Source of the DNA: Candidatus Aenigmatarchaeota archaeon
Lineage (GTDB): Archaea > Aenigmatarchaeota > Aenigmatarchaeia > JACPZZ01
DNA: 64,000 nt
Assembly (NCBI GenBank): GCA_016195275.1
Contig: JACPZZ010000019.1
Span: forward strand, 6,382 to 70,381
Reading direction: 5' to 3'
Part shown: piece after piece, positions 60,457 to 64,000 of the stretch
Numbering within the stretch: position 1 is the first letter of the stretch
Layout: every line of letters starts with the position of its first letter
Translations under genes and position numbers: made by a program
Notes under the pieces: model-generated
Told to the model about the DNA's origin: nothing
The model's input: the letters and a program-made list of their open reading frames with translations, nothing else
Database searches by the model: none

Positions 60457-62649
60457 TTATTCTTCCTTTGTTTTTTTGGACCTGCGTTTTCTTTTTATAG
60501 CCTTTACAGGAGCTTCAGTTTTTTCCTCCGCCACCACTTCGTTTTGTTTCTGTGTTCCTTTATTTTCCGCAGCGGTTTTTGCCGCTTCCTGGGCTTTCGC
60601 GGCCTCGGCCGCGATCCTTGCAGGGGATTTGCACTCCATGTCTATGCAATTGCGAAACACACGGCCGACCCTGCGGACAACGATCATCGGCTTTCCACAG
60701 CGCGCGCAATTTTGCTTTAACGGCTCTATCAAGCCGGTCTGCGGTAAAGGAAAACCGGTTTTACAGTCAGGATACGACGAACATCCGATAAAGCGCTTTC
60801 CCGATTTCATCGACCGAATTATCTTCAGTTCCCCTTTTTCGCAGTTGGGACATTTACCTACCAATTTCGCGGCGCGGCGCATTGTTATGAACGCTTCCAG
60901 AAGGGTTTCTCCGACAGCCTTTTCGTTGTTCTTGAAATTGGTCAGGGTTTTTTCGAGTATTTGCTCCGCTTCTTTGATAACCGTCTCCTTTTTAATCTCT
61001 CCAGATCCTATCTTTTCCATTTTAGTCTCGAAACCCCTTGTTAATTCCTCGGAAAGAATTTCAGGGGAATATTTTTCAAGCGTGTTCGCGACCGTCAAAC
61101 CAAGGTCGGAAACTTCTATTGATTTTCCCAGAACGTAGCCGCGCGAGAATAAAGTGCGTACTATGTTTGCGCGGGTGGCCTTCGTTCCTAACGAGCGCGA
61201 CTCCAGTTCTTTAACCAGAGACGCTTCGTTAAACCTTTTTGGAGGCTGTGTTTCTTTGTTTAACATTGATACGACCCCGGCAAACGAATCCCCTTTCTTG
61301 AAATCCGGCAAAGAAAGGTCTTCGGCAGATGTGTACGGTTTATAGAATCTTAACCAGCCTTCTTCCGAAGTCGTTTTTCCGGTAACGGTGAAGTTGTTGT
61401 TCTCTATGGTGAACGTGTACTTTATTGATTCGCGCGTCGCTTCTTCTGCGAAGACCGCTAAAAACCTCTTGACTATCAAATCGTAAAGTTTTTCCTGCTG
61501 GGCTGTCAGTTTTTGCGGGACTTCGCCCGTGGGGTAAATGGACGGGTGGGCAGGATCGGATTTTTCGCCTTCGTTCGGTTTTAGTTCAGACTTGGCCAAA
61601 AGCTCTTTTGCAAGCTTTGAGTAGGGCTTTATTTTCGCCAGCTGTCCGATTATTTTTCGGTGCCCTAATTGTTCAGGCAGCTTTTGCGAGGACGTGCGCG
61701 GATAAGAAATTAAGCCGGACTCATAAAGCGATTGCGATATGTTTTGCGTCTGAACGGGCGTATAGCCGAACCAGCGGTAGGCCTCGCTTTGCAGCGTTGT
61801 CAAATCAAAAGGCACCGGCGGCTTTTGTTTGTAGCTTTTTTTTTCGATTTCGGATACGGCCGCCTTTTCGCCTTTGCAATCCGCGACAATTTTTTCGGCC
61901 CCCTTCTTTTCCCAGAATCTTTCGGTCTCGTGCCGGGCTATTATTTCCGCACCTTCAACCTTGAGGTGCAGTTCTATCTCCCAGAAGGGCGTTGCTACGA
62001 ACGCGCGTATCTCCTTTTCGCGTTCCGCTAGAAGCTGCAGGGAAGGGCCTTGCACGCGGCCTGTTGACAGTACGAAGAAGCGGCCGGCCGCTTTCATTGC
62101 TAAGCTCAGGGCACGGCTTGTGTTGATGCCGTAATACCAGTCCAGGACATGACGGGCTAAACCGGCGTTGACCTGGCCGGCGTCCATGTTAGCGGACACT
62201 TTTTCGTAGGATTCTTCAAGTTCTGATTTTACAAGGGTTGAGAATTTCATTCTTTTAGCGTCGTGCACATTGCAAATGTATTCTAAGATGTTTTTTGCGA
62301 TAACGTCGCCTTCGGTGTCGTAGTCCGTGGCTACGATAAAATCGGACGCGTTTTTCGCCAGCATGGCTATGTTGTCAAAGTATTTCTTTGTGTAAGCGCT
62401 GCGCTTGTTTTCGTAGATCGGTTTCCAGACAACGTCAAAAACAGGATAACGCCAGCCTTTGGAGGCCTGTTTTAGCCCGAACAAATGGCCGACAGCAGGG
62501 ACGACGACAAGCCTTTTGCCGTTTCTGGTGATCTCGTAATAACTTGCGCCTTCGTCGTTTTTCTGGGTCTCAACCCGGCCTTCGGCAAGCGACTGCGCAA
62601 TGCGGAAAGCGGCTTTTGGTTTCTCGGAGATGATTAGCGTGTAAGACAT
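60457..62649 (-). CDS. topA: Type IA DNA topoisomerase (TopA) with C-terminal zinc ribbons and a Lys/Ala/Glu-rich tail
   Basis: Toprim domain present (MSYTLIISEKPKAA, ATDYDTEGD). The active-site region is GLISYPRTSS. The C-terminus has CPNC...C..C and CARCG...C..C. The start is placed at the internal Met of the track ORF. Confidence 0.9.
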   Translation of the reverse strand: MSYTLIISEKPKAAFRIAQSLAEGRVETQKNDEGASYYEITRNGKRLVVVPAVGHLFGLKQASKGWRYPVFDVVWKPIYENKRSAYTKKYFDNIAMLAKNASDFIVATDYDTEGDVIAKNILEYICNVHDAKRMKFSTLVKSELEESYEKVSANMDAGQVNAGLARHVLDWYYGINTSRALSLAMKAAGRFFVLSTGRVQGPSLQLLAEREKEIRAFVATPFWEIELHLKVEGAEIIARHETERFWEKKGAEKIVADCKGEKAAVSEIEKKSYKQKPPVPFDLTTLQSEAYRWFGYTPVQTQNISQSLYESGLISYPRTSSQKLPEQLGHRKIIGQLAKIKPYSKLAKELLAKSELKPNEGEKSDPAHPSIYPTGEVPQKLTAQQEKLYDLIVKRFLAVFAEEATRESIKYTFTIENNNFTVTGKTTSEEGWLRFYKPYTSAEDLSLPDFKKGDSFAGVVSMLNKETQPPKRFNEASLVKELESRSLGTKATRANIVRTLFSRGYVLGKSIEVSDLGLTVANTLEKYSPEILSEELTRGFETKMEKIGSGEIKKETVIKEAEQILEKTLTNFKNNEKAVGETLLEAFITMRRAAKLVGKCPNCEKGELKIIRSMKSGKRFIGCSSYPDCKTGFPLPQTGLIEPLKQNCARCGKPMIVVRRVGRVFRNCIDMECKSPARIAAEAAKAQEAAKTAAENKGTQKQNEVVAEEKTEAPVKAIKRKRRSKKTKEE

Positions 62650-62867
62650 GCAACCCCAACTTATCAATAAAATCAGTTTTAGCGTTTGGCTAACCATATA
62701 TAATATGGGAAATTTAAATAGGTTTCTTCTTGATTGAAGCGCGTCGCGTTGTTTGAATGACTAATTTCTAGAAGTTTTGGTCGTTTTTAGGCTTAAGTAT
62801 GTCATTTTAATGCTGTTTTTTCAGCAAGGTTTATATGTCTGGCACGTGATATTGAGGCGCGGTTCTC

Positions 62868-63023
62868 GTGAAAATCTGCGGCTACTGTGGTCTGGAGTAT
62901 GCAGAGTCGGGGAGCCAATGCCTGCGCTGCGGAAATTTGCTTAGAAGCATTGATCCGCGCGCGCCCATTGAGATAGGATCAGGCGGTTCTGCTGAAAAGC
63001 ATGCCAATTACAGGCAGTGGTAA
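62868..63023 (+). CDS. 51-aa zinc-ribbon protein (GTG start, below the ORF-track cutoff)
   Basis: Hand translation gives (M)KICGYCGLEYAESGSQCLRCGNLLRSIDPRAPIEIGSGGSAEKHANYRQW-stop. A TATA-like TTTATATG lies about 30 nt upstream. Confidence 0.4.
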   Translation: MKICGYCGLEYAESGSQCLRCGNLLRSIDPRAPIEIGSGGSAEKHANYRQW

Positions 63024-63473
63024 TTATTTCTGCACTATGATCCTTTCGCCGAACGGGATTTTCTTTGGCTCGAATCCCAGTCGTTTCGCTTTCTCCCAGA
63101 AGCTTTTGAATACGTCCTCGGAAACGCGGTTGTACTCAATGCCTTTTTCACCCTTTGTTTTTACTATAAAACTTTTGATATCCTCAAGCTTTGTGTATGA
63201 GAATTCTGTTACAGGCGAACCCAGATAGTTGAGTATATCCTCTACGCGCTCCTTGATTACGCCTTTCCTTTTCAGCAGGTCTGTCCACATCTTGCGCTCT
63301 GCCACGCTTAACGACTTTAGAAAACATTTTACGCACGTTGTTTCGTTGCTCTTTGATATGGAGCACTTGTCGCACGCGAACTCCCTGCATGAAAAACAAA
63401 CAACGGGACGTGCCGCGATTTCGCCGCAGTGAACGCAGTTTACCATATTGATTAATTGTAGTCGAAGGTTCAA
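63024..63473 (-). CDS. Cys-rich (zinc-finger-like N-terminus) hypothetical protein
   Basis: 149 aa with CVHCG...CFSC...CDKC...CVKC in the N-terminus. Confidence 0.5.
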   Translation of the reverse strand: MNLRLQLINMVNCVHCGEIAARPVVCFSCREFACDKCSISKSNETTCVKCFLKSLSVAERKMWTDLLKRKGVIKERVEDILNYLGSPVTEFSYTKLEDIKSFIVKTKGEKGIEYNRVSEDVFKSFWEKAKRLGFEPKKIPFGERIIVQK

Positions 63474-63505
63474 ATTGATTTATAACATGCAGAGCGATAA
63501 TAAAA

Positions 63506-64000
63506 TTATGGACTTTTTAATACCAGCGAGCGGACAGTATCGCGAACCGTTTCCTCGGAACTTCGTTTCGGTTTCCAGCCGAGGTTTTTTGCCAGAGTTA
63601 TGTCTGGCTGGAATATTTTGACGTCGCCTTTCCAGCCCTTGGGTTCTTTGGCAGTGAATTTTAATTTTGCCTTAAGTTTCATCTCTTCGATCACGATCTC
63701 AGCTATCCGTTTTATGGTGATAACATCCTCGGCGCCCAGGTTGATTATGTTGACAGGACTGTCCGCGTTTTCGATGACGCGGGCGATGCCGTCCACACAG
63801 TCTGCGACGTGCAGGTAACATCTCTCCTGGCTGCCGTCGCCTAGGACTTCTAACTCCGACGGGTTGTTGCGCAATTTGGTTATAAAATCGTGCGCCGGTC
63901 CATGCCGAAGCCGCGGGCCGCCCACGTTGGCAAAACGGAACACCCAGGATTTCATGTTAAAGGTGTGACAATACGCCGAAATTAACGCTTCACAGGCAAG
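63506..64000 (-). CDS. NAD-dependent epimerase/dehydratase (SDR family), C-terminal part; gene continues past window end
   Basis: The segment FRFANVGGPR...DFI...LEVLGDGSQERCYLHVADCVDG...NLG is typical of UDP-sugar 4-epimerase-like SDRs. The reading frame stays open to position 64000. Confidence 0.8.
   Translation of the reverse strand, partial: LACEALISAYCHTFNMKSWVFRFANVGGPRLRHGPAHDFITKLRNNPSELEVLGDGSQERCYLHVADCVDGIARVIENADSPVNIINLGAEDVITIKRIAEIVIEEMKLKAKLKFTAKEPKGWKGDVKIFQPDITLAKNLGWKPKRSSEETVRDTVRSLVLKSP

Overview
The window is an archaeal chromosome segment. Supporting evidence: archaeal-type adenylate kinase after secY, Cbf5, the S13-S4-S11-RpoD(Rpo3) gene order, deoxyhypusine synthase, a DUF106/YidC-like protein, and AT-rich TATA boxes about 25 nt upstream of many start codons. 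I infer a DPANN-like or other uncultivated lineage from the eroded synteny, the huge sequon-rich surface proteins and the many toxin-antitoxin (TA) modules. I found no rRNA, tRNA, CRISPR array, transposase, integrase or reverse transcriptase.

Core content:
- secY(3' end)-adkA-DUF106-cbf5
- copA with a TRASH/YHS head
- a CysRS/MshC-like ligase coupled to a PIG-L deacetylase
- a thiol-redox gene neighbourhood (FNR-like, Grx-like, Bcp, ferredoxin)
- a bacterial-type suf operon, sufC-B-D-Rieske-S-U
- rps13-rps4-rps11-rpoD
- dhs, ald, topA, a DRG GTPase and several transporters

Accessory content:
- Three very large or low-complexity secreted proteins of 1202, 1904 and 404 aa.
- At least six TA-like modules: RelE/AbrB, DUF4258-like/Zn-ribbon-AbrB, HEPN/MNT, MazF/AbrB, DUF4258/DUF2283, and DUF433 with a DUF5615 remnant.
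- A COG1373 AAA+ ATPase and several gene remnants.

Most interesting non-obvious signals:
1. At 2290-4789, AT-rich cassettes each end in an identical 34-bp repeat. The repeat's 14-nt core is also one strand of the terminal helix of a ~230-nt rod-shaped ncRNA candidate. This looks like an att-array or integron-like layout, but no recombinase is in view.
2. Two homologous clusters of tandem perfect hairpins (39571-39666 and 49856-49934) each sit upstream of a DUF4258-type toxin operon.
3. An MshC-like Cys ligase is translationally coupled to an LmbE/PIG-L deacetylase, which suggests a low-molecular-weight thiol pathway.
4. A HEPN/MNT island with a DUF262 remnant is bounded by G-rich 14-bp inverted repeats.
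5. An array of GCTCGGT iterons lies between two HTH genes, upstream of the 1904-aa glycoprotein operon.
6. A second ncRNA candidate of ~330 nt lies at 58645-58975.

All functional calls rest on motif recognition by eye and need HMM, Rfam or BLAST confirmation.
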